DNA of 64,000 nt. Source: Paramoeba atlantica (taxonomy: Eukaryota > Protista > Discosea). The translations under genes were made by a program, and so were the position numbers. Each line of letters opens with the position of its first letter. Position 1 is the first letter of the stretch. This document shows positions 1 through 9,809 of the stretch, in pieces. The notes beneath the pieces are model-generated. The model was not told the origin of the DNA. It saw only the letters and a list, made by a program, of their open reading frames with translations, and did no database searches. The stretch is from contig CDRNVI010000002.1 in the NCBI GenBank assembly GCA_977017575.1, positions 1 to 64,000 of the forward strand, written 5' to 3'.

Positions 1-760
1 CTGGTTCTCTATCAGGGCGACGCCCTTGCGCCTTATCTTTTTGTCCTTGTTTTAGACCGCATTCTCTATCAGGCTTTAGGTCGCAATGCAAGTGGTATTC
101 TCATGAGAAGCGAGGGGGCTAGGAGTCGTGGTATTAAGGGATTCCGGGTGTCAGACGTTGACTACGCAGACGATGTGGCTCTTGTGTCCTCATCTGCGGA
201 GGGTTTGTTGGGTATGGTGGAATCAACAGCACGGGAAGCAGCACCTGCAACCTTGCGCCTTGCCGTAGGAGAATCTAAGACCGCGTGGATGACTTTTGGG
301 AAACCTTCAGGCGCAGATCTTAGTCTTAGCTCAAATTATTGTGGCGCACCAAAGGTACCCAAGTACAGACATCTTTGCAACCTCCAAGGAGGACAGGGAA
401 CCATTAAAGATAGGCTGAGGTTGGCATGGGCAGCTTTTACAAAGCTTCGGGGTATTTGGGTGGCCCCACTTAAACCTTCTACAGAGCTTAGGTTGTTTGA
501 TGCTCTCGTGTACCCGGTTCTAAACTTTTTCTCGGGGGCTATATCGGTTCCTCTAGAGACGGTGCATTGACGTACAAGTAAACGTCGTGCGGAGAACGGC
601 ATGCAATACCGGTCGGTTGGATGAATTCCAAAAGTCATCCACGCGGTCTTAGATTCTCCCCCGCGGTCTCTTCTTCTCTCATTACTCAGCAAACGTCGCC
701 GCTTTTTTCAGATGCACTCCGATATTATGAAGCCTGCGTTAATTTTTAACGTTCCGCATA
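1..760 (+). mobile_element. Degenerate non-LTR retrotransposon reverse transcriptase C-terminal part (RTE-like), 5'-truncated by the window
   Basis: Frame 1 from base 1 reads LVLYQGDALAPYLFVLVLDR...DVDYADDVALV (RT motifs QGDxLxPxLF and YADD, YADD at 163-174), then GESKTAWMTFG, AWAAFTKLRGIW...ELRLFDALVYPVL and, after stops, LLSKRRRFFQMH, as in the RTE-type post-RT region; in-frame stops at 568-570 and downstream. Confidence 0.85.
268..659. repeat. Perfect 32-bp inverted repeat pair (268-299 / 628-659)
   Basis: GGAGAATCTAAGACCGCGTGGATGACTTTTGG at 268-299 and its exact reverse complement at 628-659. Confidence 0.95.
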
Positions 761-1250
761 GTCTCAGCACGCGAATGAGGTAATCTATTTATCTTGTTTA
801 GTGAGGGAACTTCGTGTCGACGAAGATAAATCGGTTCATTTGAAATCTGAGATTACCACTGATGATCTTACAGGCGGAGTGGCAAGAATTCAGAGTTTGA
901 AGCACATGGTGCTCAGACGGCGAGTTCAAACCCGTTCATCGCAATATTCCCGGCGGCCTCACTCTAAGAGGCTGGGCTGAGAACCGACTAGGCCCAGTAT
1001 TCGGAGGACCGTCCCGGACCCTCCCCTCAGGGAACCAGCTCCCTTACCCGGCTTACACCTCTTTGGTAAGCCGTGTTGACGTACAGTTCGTCGACGCAGC
1101 GTGTTGGCAACAGCACGTTGGTGCCGCCTTGGAAAAGCGGAAACTGGTAGAGGACGTCGGCCTCGGAACTTCCAAATCTGTCTGTGAAGGGTCTGGCTTT
1201 CCAGCGACCATCCGGAGCAATCCGGAATGATTTGGATGATGATGATTTTG
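760..1250 (+). mobile_element. Probable 3' UTR of the RTE-like element, with hairpins and a (GAT)4 tail
   Basis: GC-richer non-coding tract directly after the RT remnant; hairpins CGGCTTAC..GTAAGCCG (1049-1073) and TCCGGA-GCAA-TCCGGA (1211-1226); (GAT)4 at 1235-1246. Confidence 0.45.
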
Positions 1251-1389
1251 GTCAACATCCTCCTTTCTGAGAACGGGCAGCCTGTGCTTCCCCTGCCTGG
1301 GTAGAGTTTCACCTTTTTATGAAGTAGGCTTTATGCGAGCCTTTATCTATGATGGCAAGAAAATAACTTGCAAGGAGATAAAGATACTT

Positions 1390-1549
1390 TACTATACTAT
1401 TCTGGCTGCGCCCAACGACACCTCCCTCCCCTAGTTTTGTGCCACCAAATGAACGCCACCCCCCTAGTTATTTGTCACGCACACGCCCCCGTACTTATTT
1501 GTCACTTTTCTCCAAAAAGGGGTGACAAATAAGTAAGGGGGGTATAGTA
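1390..1549. mobile_element. MITE, pogo-like TACTRT-C6 end class (core TACTTATTTGTCAC)
   Basis: Right end GTGACAAATAAGTAAGGGGGGTATAGTA; internal direct copies CCCCCTAGTTATTTGTCAC and CCCCCGTACTTATTTGTCAC; terminal hairpin with TTTTCTCCAAAAA spacer; left end TACTATAC is degenerate. Confidence 0.6.
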
Positions 1550-1639
1550 GAATACCATTTTTGGGATAGTTTCTCTTCGAAAATTGAGAGAAGGGGGGAA
1601 GGTAAACATTTCTCATTCTCGTACATGACTTCCTGCTTT

Positions 1640-2309
1640 GAGAGCCTATAGGGTTTCATAGGAGAAATGACTCCGAGATCCCTTGCGGTATGGAGTGAAA
1701 ACCATAACGACCTGCAAAAGACGCTGCAAACATTTTCAAACGTATTGAAAAGATGGGGAATGTGCATGAATGGAGGTTGGAGTCAAAAGAGATCTTAAAT
1801 GTGCTTTTTACCAAGCTCCTGTGCCCGAGAGGGCGCGAGCGAAGTTCAGGTTTCATGATGCAAATGGAGATCTCTTCCAAATGACGGTGATGCCAATGGG
1901 GCGTAGGTGTGCCCCAGAAGTTATGCATACTATAACTTCGGTGTTGGCAGGGCGATCCTGGTGTATGCAAACCAGATGCTATTTTTGCGAAGAGTGGGAT
2001 CGATATTTATATCGACGGGGTTCGCTACGCGGGGAGTAAAGATGAAGCCAACGAATATACCAAGCGGATTGATTTGCGATGTAAGCGCGCTAGAGAGGGA
2101 TGTTCAAGGAAGCTGACTCTCCCCCGGAGGTGGAATATGTGTTTAATGTGGTGAAGTACGATCGCGCAGTTCACAAGGTCAGCCTGGGGCCACGTGCTCT
2201 GGCGAAGCTGCAGCGCGACAGATTTTCTACAATTACGTACGTCCAATCGGATAAAATAAAGACCCCAAATACATTGCCACACTCCTTTACACAGCTGGAA
2301 GATCAATAA
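1640..2309 (+). mobile_element. Frameshifted tyrosine-recombinase-retroelement-type (TATE/VIPER/DIRS-like) reverse transcriptase remnant
   Basis: Joined frames give RSLAVWSENHND / GVKRDLKCAFYQAPVP..FRFHDANGDLFQMTVMPMGRRCAPEVMHTITSVLAG / GIDIYIDGVRYAG (YIDG at 2008-2019) / VKYD...VSLGPRALAKL; DLKxxFYQ, MPMG and YID motifs are LTR/DIRS-class RT motifs. Confidence 0.75.
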
Positions 2310-3222
2310 TTAAATACTTGGTCTAAGCTAGCCTTTTTTTAAATTATTCTATTTGAATTGTTTTATTATGAATTATTCTATTTGAAAGTAGTAACTACTG
2401 CTTTTTAAGTAGTAACTTTAGTAATTACTAGTCTAGGCTATGATAATCTGTCCGTTTTCTTTAGCTTTCTCGGCCGAATTTTCTTTTTTAGGCTCTTCGT
2501 TAAATGCGGTTGTTGTTTTCAACGCGAAGCGCGCAGCATGAGCGACTTCTAAGTTCCCTGATGGGAGGGTCCGGTGAGGCTCCCGGTGAGGCGCCGGAGT
2601 TGCGAGAGGCCTCCATACATCACAACCCCCTTTATATTTAGAGGAGATTGCGGTGGTTGTAAACTACCGCTCTACCCTCGATTATTGAAAAAAAAGTGAA
2701 TAAAAACAGTGAAAATATAAGGAGGAACACAGTAATATAACAGAAGAAAAAAATATAAAAGGGGGCCCCGGGGGTCCAAAACTAGAAAAAAAAAATTCAA
2801 AAAAATGGGGGGTCAAGGGGGGGGGACGTCCATACGTCGCGATTTATTTTTCGAAATGGAGCGCAGGGAAGTGGTAGAGTAGGCCGCGGCGATAATTTTC
2901 CACCCCACCCCTGGTACGCGCAGAAGGGGTCCGACAAGGTCGAAATTTCCGAAATTTTTGGGATGACCCGAAAAAAAATTTAACCAAAAAAAAAAGAAAA
3001 AATATTATTTTTCGAAAATCGACTCCTAAAACGTATTTTGAGAGTTTGGGACCTCAGCTACCATTCTACGACATTTTTATTGACAGATTCGCCTCCTCTC
3101 CCCACTGGTAAGGCATCCAAAACGACCCAAATTCGGGTTAAAATTTCGCAATTTTCGCCTAAAAATCAAGCTTTTTTACCCAAAAAAATAGATTATTCAT
3201 GATCTTTTGGCGATTTTTCTTT

Positions 3223-3325
3223 TTTAGGCTCTTCGTGAAACGCGGTGGTAGTTTTCAACGCGAAGCGCGCAGCATGAGTGACTTCTAAGTTGAAAACAAC
3301 CACCGCGTTTACCGAAGAGCCTAAA
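3223..3325. mobile_element. 103-bp hairpin MITE (37-bp arms, 29-nt spacer)
   Basis: TTTAGGCTCTTCGTGAAACGCGGTGGTAGTTTTCAAC - spacer - GTTGAAAACAACCACCGCGTTTACCGAAGAGCCTAAA; second full copy at 39600-39704. Confidence 0.85.
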
Positions 3326-3544
3326 TAAACTTTTGCTAGTTATATAATAAACTATTGCTAGTTTTGGACTGACCAATTGCTAGTTTCAAAAAAACAACAA
3401 CTTGCGAAGAAAGAGCAAGATTGTTCAGTCACGTGTTTTTCGCGACCAAACCACGTGATCGTTTTAGAAAAATGATGCAGATTCTCCAAGAATCATCGAA
3501 TCTCACCATTTTCGATCCCGAGGAATTAGAAGAAGACCAAGACA

Positions 3545-3907
3545 TACTGTGTAGAAGTCGACGATCTTGACAGCAGTGAAAACGATTCAGATGAATTCAA
3601 CGAGAGTTTACCTGCTAACACTCGACTTACTCGCGCCGTGACTGAGCATATCCGTCTGAAACGTCGCTATGACATGATTGAAGGGTAATACAAGTACATG
3701 GTGCAAGGAGAAACTTATCGACATTACACAATCTACAATAGGGGGAGCACGTGTAGGTGTACTTGCCCAGATGTTAGACGCGGCAATCGTTGCAAGCACA
3801 AGTTATTCATTCTTATGAACGGAATGCGAGTGAACGAAAACGATGAAACTCTGGAAACCTTTCAAATGGCGGGAATTATTGGTTTGTGCTACTCAGGACA
3901 ACCTTAA
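3545..3907 (+). pseudogene. SWIM zinc-finger protein remnant (MEKK1/ZSWIM2-type SWIM)
   Basis: EVDDLDSSEND...TRLTRAVTEHIRLKRRYDMIEG*YKYMVQGETYRHYTIYNRGSTCRCTCPDVRRGNRCKHKLFIL; CxC-x7-CxH SWIM ligands; in-frame TAA at 3686-3688. Confidence 0.75.
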
Positions 3908-4177
3908 ATAGCAATTTGAGCGAAGGAAAACTTAGAAGGCACCACTACTGCGCACTTCGCGTTGAAAACTGCCACCACTTTTAAGGAAGAGCCTAAAAAA
4001 GCCTAATTGGTTCACCCGCACTCAAACTGTACCCAAAAACACGTTTTGTTAAAACAAATGCCTCCTTCGACCACCGGAACCCCTTTCTATATTTTTTCTT
4101 CTATCACAGTGTATAGACTATGTAGTACATTTATGCAGTACTTTTAGTAATTACCAGTTTACTAGTAAGTTTTTTTT

Positions 4178-4230
4178 AAACGCGGTGGTTGTTTTCAACT
4201 TAGAAGTTACCCGAGCTGCGCAACCACCGC
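4178..4230. repeat. Deleted copy of the 103-bp hairpin family
   Basis: AAACGCGGTGGTTGTTTTCAACTTAGAAGTTACCCGAGCTGCGCAACCACCGC matches an arm plus the spacer in reverse orientation. Confidence 0.7.
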
Positions 4231-4290
4231 AAGAATCGTGGGTAGAACGGTAGTTATAACTACTGCCGCAATTTAAGTATGGTGAGATGA

Positions 4291-6180
4291 TTATATATCT
4301 TCACATGTTAGGACGGATGTAAGTTGCACAAGATCGAGTTGTCTTGTTTCTCGCTTCCAGTTGGGTGCAAGCTGTAATAGTAGTGAAAGCTGGATGGGAT
4401 CTACGCTCTTTGCGACGACCTGGATAGCATCACCGGGGGCAAGTTTATCTTCGTTATGGTAAAGACATACAACGATCAGAAATTTTTGAAGAAGCACCCG
4501 CGCCACATATCGAGTGTTAGCATATTGCATCGTGGGAGATGATTCTATATTAATATTCATGGCAACGATTGCTGTGAGCTCAAGTTTCTCTTCTTTTTTG
4601 AGAAGATTTTCTATGTATGAGAGAGCCCAAAAATAGATGGAAGAATTCTGCAAAAGTCTTACGTCGGAAGTAACGGCAGAAGTTTTTCGGCATTGATCTT
4701 TTAAGACTAAATCTTCCATGCAAACGACACCAGTGTCATGTAATTCGTGCCTCGCCGCAAGAAGTGTCTTTAGTTGATGATGCACCATCATATCTGCGTA
4801 ACGCCGAAGAGGTGATGTGGAATGACAGTAGTATGAAGAGTTTAGAAAAGAGTGGTGACCACGCTGGTGCGAGTAATACGCCCTTGTAACCCCCTTCAAA
4901 GAAAGAGAGTCTTGTGCTATAACTTGAGCGGTTCTCACCATACCTTGCTCTACACTTGGAGTAAAGCTTTGTTTACTTGACCCCCCCGGTAATAATTCAT
5001 CGGCGTCACCATGGCGTTCAGAAAGAGGACGTGTTACGCGAAAAGGTATGCCAATATTATTTTCTAGGGCAACACGTGCACATACTTCATTAGCGGCGAT
5101 CATGAGTTCTTCAACAAGGTTGTACGCATCACTTAAATGTAGACTTTCATCCGATTCTAGTTTTACGTGAATAGGGGAATTGTCCTCGACCCCGATAGCC
5201 TTTACGCGTGGTTTCGGTACGAGAAGTTTCCAAGCTCCATTTTTAATACGCAGCGCACGTCGTAATTTTCTGATTTCATTCAAGCAAAGAATGTTGTCTA
5301 CGTCATTCGAAGTTAACCAATCGGGAGCACTACTTGGCAAACGCTTGTTTTGCAAGATATCTTGGCAATCATCGTAGGTTAGCCTTCTCAGGTTTTCTAC
5401 GATAGAGACACCCGTGTCATAATCGCACACATTTCCCTCAATATCAAAAACAAAAGAAATATGAAAGGTGCGACACGATCTTCCAGACTCAAGCGTTGCT
5501 GCGGCTACCAAGGTTCGAGGTAGCATACACCAAACACCCTCTGGTAAGTACGTCGTGGTCCGCAATCTTTGCCCAGAGTGACGATCCATAGAGGAATCCA
5601 ATGGACAGTAAGAAGTGACAGCGGCAACATACACTGTGACTCGCTTCCTTCCATCATTTTCAATTCGCACGGAAACAGCATCATCCACCTCAAAAGTCGA
5701 TTGACTATCGATCGCATAGACATTTTCTTGAACAATCGTGCGAAGGCTCGCAAACGGATCTGCTACATTTTTGCATTTCAATGCCAGACTCTCTGCTCGA
5801 GGCCCAAGCTTTAGTTTATTCTCAAGTTTTTTTCGGTAAGGATTGTCTTTCGGTCGTAGGTACCCAATATTGCACAACATTTTCAAAAGGACACTAGAGG
5901 AACGACACTCCTTTTGTTCACCAAAGAGAGGATTTAATATTCTATGAAGAAGACCGATATCCTCGCGTGGTAAAAAACTTTCCCCTACGACGTAAGATAG
6001 AAGCAGTTTATCATACTCATCATAGTCAAATGAAGATGCAGACTCGGTTTTGTACCGCAGGTCAAGGGTTAATCGTTTTTCTGCTTCAAAAATGTAAGTC
6101 TGCTGTGAATTATCTTCTACTTTGAATTTCTGTAGCACATGCTTGCAAAGGTATCGATGCCAGTTGTAGCGTGCTTTCAT
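4291..6180 (-). CDS. RNB-domain (RNase II/R family) exoribonuclease, DSS1-like
   Basis: Catalytic motif AIDSQSTFEVDDAVS; LVEELMIAANEVCA; YCHSTSPLRRYADMMVHHQLK; no PIN domain. Confidence 0.9.
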   Translation of the reverse strand: MKARYNWHRYLCKHVLQKFKVEDNSQQTYIFEAEKRLTLDLRYKTESASSFDYDEYDKLLLSYVVGESFLPREDIGLLHRILNPLFGEQKECRSSSVLLKMLCNIGYLRPKDNPYRKKLENKLKLGPRAESLALKCKNVADPFASLRTIVQENVYAIDSQSTFEVDDAVSVRIENDGRKRVTVYVAAVTSYCPLDSSMDRHSGQRLRTTTYLPEGVWCMLPRTLVAAATLESGRSCRTFHISFVFDIEGNVCDYDTGVSIVENLRRLTYDDCQDILQNKRLPSSAPDWLTSNDVDNILCLNEIRKLRRALRIKNGAWKLLVPKPRVKAIGVEDNSPIHVKLESDESLHLSDAYNLVEELMIAANEVCARVALENNIGIPFRVTRPLSERHGDADELLPGGSSKQSFTPSVEQGMVRTAQVIAQDSLSLKGVTRAYYSHQRGHHSFLNSSYYCHSTSPLRRYADMMVHHQLKTLLAARHELHDTGVVCMEDLVLKDQCRKTSAVTSDVRLLQNSSIYFWALSYIENLLKKEEKLELTAIVAMNINIESSPTMQYANTRYVARVLLQKFLIVVCLYHNEDKLAPGDAIQVVAKSVDPIQLSLLLQLAPNWKRETRQLDLVQLTSVLTCEDI

Positions 6181-6660
6181 TCTTCTGATTCAAAGTTAGT
6201 TGAGAGAATAGACGAGTAAAAATAACAAGAGTATACTGTTCTCGAAAATGCGTTGTACATTATTTGACAGATTACTTCTCGTAGGGAAGAAGCCGACACT
6301 CGTGTATTTTTCATTTTCCGACTTTTAAAGTTTCTTCAGGGATCGTTTTGGTCAGAGTAATTTTATTTTCGTACATCTGTGCTCAAGGTGTTGGTCACTC
6401 ACTTTAAGTAAACATGATGGCTTGTAAAATTATTTATTTAATCCGAATCTACGAAGAACATGCTCTTTCATTTTATGGATCGAGTAATCCATGATACTGC
6501 TATCAATATTTCTAAATGCTCGACGTTTTTTCTTGTGTGACAATACAGTCCATATGAACTACCCCCAAAAGGCGCCGAAGAAGACGTCGTATACCAATAC
6601 CATAACGCCGTATATTGTACAGAAATAAAGAAACGACACCTTGAATAGTAACTCTGAAAC

Positions 6661-7206
6661 CTACGAAGACCATTTCGGAGAACGGGGTGCGTCATTCTCC
6701 GGGACTAAGATCTGCTTAATACTTTTAATAGCTAGTCCGGGATTTAGATACTTGGGACACGTAATCGAACAGTTCAGCACGTTGTGACACAAATTAAGGC
6801 GGTTCCCCGTCTCCAGCTGCGCGAGACGCTCGTCAATATCCGGATCCAGCGGCTCCACCATCCAGCGGTAGGCCTGGAGCAGCACTGCGGGGCCCAGGAA
6901 CACGTCCCGGTTCCACCAGTAGCTCGGGCACGCGGAGGTGCAGGAGGCACACAACACACACTCATAGAGCCCCTCGAGATGGTGCCGGTTGGCTCGATGC
7001 ACTTTGTGTTTCAGGTACCACCGCGTGACGGTGTACTCCCCAAACCCCGCCCGGGTCGTGGAGAGACACATCGCGGCGGAGCGGTTGTCCTTTACGGCAT
7101 AGATCGTGTCCATGCGGCCAGTGGCCTGCTTGAGGATTTTCTTGTACGTGAAAATAGGACTGATGTACTGTACTCGCCCCCCTGGGAGTACAGCGGCACC
7201 AGGCAT
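6661..7206 (-). CDS. SDH2C: Succinate dehydrogenase iron-sulfur subunit, C-terminal half (split SDH2)
   Basis: LEGLYECVLCASCTSACPSYWWN..FLGPAVLLQAYRW..CHNVLNCSITCPKYLNPGLAI; no N-terminal 2Fe-2S domain; ATG at 7206. Confidence 0.92.
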   Translation of the reverse strand: MPGAAVLPGGRVQYISPIFTYKKILKQATGRMDTIYAVKDNRSAAMCLSTTRAGFGEYTVTRWYLKHKVHRANRHHLEGLYECVLCASCTSACPSYWWNRDVFLGPAVLLQAYRWMVEPLDPDIDERLAQLETGNRLNLCHNVLNCSITCPKYLNPGLAIKSIKQILVPENDAPRSPKWSS

Positions 7207-7525
7207 GCAAGCAGGTGTTGAATATAATAAAAAAAGTTGAAACAGAAGTGAAAAAGAAAAATAAGAGTAAAAACTGCAAGACCTCTGCACATACAGAATA
7301 CGTATGAGGACGAAATAGCTTTGCGATTCTACGCTTTGTGGGAAAATTGCGGGTAAATATAAAGTGGAAGTTGTGACACACTCCGCTCAATAAAAATAGC
7401 ATATAAACTATTAGCTAAAACTCTTTAAATAAGAACAACCCCTCATTTAAAGGACAGCCCAGTGAAAATTGTTACCCACTTCACAGCATCAGCTGCGAAT
7501 ACAGTCGTGCATATCATTCTATTAC

Positions 7526-8263
7526 CTAAACCAATTGCATGTGCAATGGACCTTGTATAAGCGGCCGTATATTATGAGCTCGACATACTTCAATCTGTTG
7601 TGCATTTAGTGTAGGCAATCGAAATCCAGCATAGAGGTTAACAGTCTTTTGTGGTGCAAAGAAACCTTGCCAAAATTTCGACGTCTGTCCTTGATCCTGT
7701 GAATTTTTTTGATAGTAGTGTGCGAACATGCATTGATGGTAAAATTTTCTTATTGCGGCAATATCAAAAACGGGAAAAGATGTAAAAATTGCACTGTGCG
7801 TGTTATTAGTAAGGATACCGTCGTATTCGGTGTTGCCCCAAATGTGTTGCCCGATACTACATTTCATAGCATCGTTGAAGGCGTAAATCAGAGGTTTTTC
7901 AATACACACTATTTTACATGGTTTCGAGTACACAAGTTCATTCTTTATGTCGTTAAAGGGCTCGTTTGATCTACCGAGTTCCAATGCAACTGCGTAACTT
8001 AAAATGAGAAAGGTTTTACGTGTGCGCACAGTATATGTGTAGGATGGCTTATGATATCTAGCTAAGGATATTGACTTTGGGTTATACCAACTGTTTCGCT
8101 CATCAAAGAATTCCACAACTACATCTGTCGTGTCATGTACGATGGCTTGTCCGAAATTACGAATCTTATCAAAAAAGCGAAAGTCTACCATGGTCGGTGT
8201 CCCGGGATCGTGCGCAGACTCGCGCATGATAAGTTGCACAGGATCACGTATAAGGGAGGCCAT
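7526..8263 (-). CDS. Hypothetical protein (245 aa)
   Basis: Long ATG-initiated ORF on the polycistron strand; weak EYDGIL motif reminiscent of a restriction-endonuclease-like fold. Confidence 0.65.
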   Translation of the reverse strand: MASLIRDPVQLIMRESAHDPGTPTMVDFRFFDKIRNFGQAIVHDTTDVVVEFFDERNSWYNPKSISLARYHKPSYTYTVRTRKTFLILSYAVALELGRSNEPFNDIKNELVYSKPCKIVCIEKPLIYAFNDAMKCSIGQHIWGNTEYDGILTNNTHSAIFTSFPVFDIAAIRKFYHQCMFAHYYQKNSQDQGQTSKFWQGFFAPQKTVNLYAGFRLPTLNAQQIEVCRAHNIRPLIQGPLHMQLV

Positions 8264-8585
8264 ATTTTATAAAAATATTTTGAAATAGTAATAAAGAAAA
8301 CTAGAATATCACCAATGGCCTGTGCATAATAAGAAGACAAACAATGATCAAGGACATGATGTAACCCCCACCCCCACAGTCACAGTACTTACATGTGTAT
8401 GTGTACACCTTGTAAAAACAACTTATGTACAAAACAACTTATGTATAAGACACAGCGCAATACAATGTGTGATAAAATAGATGAAACTCACTCACTGACT
8501 ATAACGATAATTTCATTGTCAAGAATACCCCCCCAGCAGAAATTTCACACCCACTCTACAAATCCCAACTTCTAAATTCCAAAAA

Positions 8586-9809
8586 TCATGCATTCGCGGT
8601 CATCGTTTCACCTCGTGCAAGGAGAGTGCTGATGGCAGCAAGAACACGATGTGGAGTGTCGACCTCATCGGAGGGTTGCGGCTCCACAGACCCTTCAGTG
8701 AGATTTGTGGGGTCCGAAGTACCCACCGCCCCCGCTATGGGTTCCACAGTTGAGGCGGTGCTGGTGCGTGGGATTGTGGTGGCAGGAACAATTCCCACCT
8801 CAGAGTCCAACTTGAGGACCACCGCGAAGCGTTGCCTGGTGGCACTCCCACATGGGATAATGCGAATCACTCTGTCTTGCTTGCGAAACGTAACGGTCTT
8901 CTCCTCCATGTCCAGATCAATGGTGACGCAATCCAGCGGCCCGAATTTCTCCAGCCCCTCTTCTTTTTTGTGATGAGGGTAGTTGGAATAGAACACCCCT
9001 GTCATGTAGTACACACAACAGTGGGTAGTCTTGTGAAATTCCTGATCTAGCGAGACGCAGTAATCGCTGATGACCCCTAACCCAACATATTCACAACGAC
9101 GTATCTCAAAAGTCACGCTGTGTTTTCCTTGCATGTAGAAATGTTCCCCCAGGAGACTCACGCTGTAGTGTGAACGAAATCGGTTTCGTTCCAAATTAGT
9201 CCCTCCGCCGTACTGGAACGCATTGGCTGGGGGTGACGTTTGTGAACGCACGACATCTGCAAGCGCATCGAGCCCGTAATAGTCCAAATCGTACAGAACC
9301 ATGCCAAGTTCAGAGGAGGAGAGCTGTGACTTGTATCCTCGAAGGTAGTTTAGAATGTGCCGAAAGACATGACTGTCTCGATCCAATTCGATTCGTCCTG
9401 CCGCATCGCGCTGTACATTATCACAAGTTACTAAGCGACAGAGCATGGATTGCGGTTGCTTCATAATGATTGACTTCGATATGCTATGATGTACTCCTCC
9501 AACGTTAAACGTGACTATATCGCCTGCAAGAAGTTTGCGCTCTTGAACAAGACGTTCTTGCTCTTCAAAAAAGCGCGTTTCTTCTTCCAATTCAAGAGCG
9601 GATCTACTCAGAGCTGCGTCCTCATCCTCTAGCTCTGCTTTTAAACGTGATAATGATTCTTTCCAGGCAGAGGAAGCGTGTGTACTTTCCACTTGATATT
9701 CGGCGGGAGAATTATGACGTAGTGTCTCTTCTTCCTCTGACAACATATTTTCGCGTGCGTGTGCCACTTGTGTCTCTACCTTTCTACGCTTTGTTTCTGT
9801 GTCCGACAT
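8586..9809 (-). CDS. BTB/POZ (KCTD-type tetramerisation) protein with coiled coil and SPRY-like C-terminal domain
   Basis: IVTFNVGGVHHSISKSII..QSML..IELDRDSHVFRHILNYLR; C-terminal VGLGV...DCVTIDLDMEEKTVTFRK. Confidence 0.85.
   Translation of the reverse strand: MSDTETKRRKVETQVAHARENMLSEEEETLRHNSPAEYQVESTHASSAWKESLSRLKAELEDEDAALSRSALELEEETRFFEEQERLVQERKLLAGDIVTFNVGGVHHSISKSIIMKQPQSMLCRLVTCDNVQRDAAGRIELDRDSHVFRHILNYLRGYKSQLSSSELGMVLYDLDYYGLDALADVVRSQTSPPANAFQYGGGTNLERNRFRSHYSVSLLGEHFYMQGKHSVTFEIRRCEYVGLGVISDYCVSLDQEFHKTTHCCVYYMTGVFYSNYPHHKKEEGLEKFGPLDCVTIDLDMEEKTVTFRKQDRVIRIIPCGSATRQRFAVVLKLDSEVGIVPATTIPRTSTASTVEPIAGAVGTSDPTNLTEGSVEPQPSDEVDTPHRVLAAISTLLARGETMTANA

Larger units (their letters stand above)
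2487..3996. mobile_element. ~1.5-kb element bounded by ~69-bp terminal inverted repeats, carrying a SWIM-finger remnant and a nested hairpin MITE
   Basis: 2487-2555 TTTAGGCTCTTCGTTAAATGCGGTTGTTGTTTTCAACGCGAAGCGCGCAGCATGAGCGACTTCTAAGTT versus the reverse complement of ~3928-3996, TTTAGGCTCTTCCTTAAAAGTGGTGGCAGTTTTCAACGCGAAGTGCGCAGTAGTGGTGCCTTCTAAGTT. Confidence 0.6.

Noticed and set aside
859-900. CTGATGA suggesting a hammerhead ribozyme
   Set aside because: The possible stem II (TCTT..AAGA) is followed by ATTC, not GAAA, and there are no stems I/III
905-940. tRNA-like A-box (GCTCAGACGG) and B-box (GTTCAAACC)
   Set aside because: The boxes are only a few nt apart, the T-stem does not pair and there is no anticodon arm
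3223-3325. Merlin/IS1595 or PIF-Harbinger assignment of the GGC-ended hairpin
   Set aside because: There is no 8-9-bp direct TSD, and the flanks are TTA..TAA (inverted, not duplicated); left unassigned
2340-4170. CRISPR-like or satellite array among the short AT-rich repeats (TTGCTAGTT x3, AATTATTCTATTTGAA x2, GTAGTAACT x2)
   Set aside because: Only 2-3 irregular copies with no constant spacer length, in a eukaryotic context; there are no cas genes anywhere in the window
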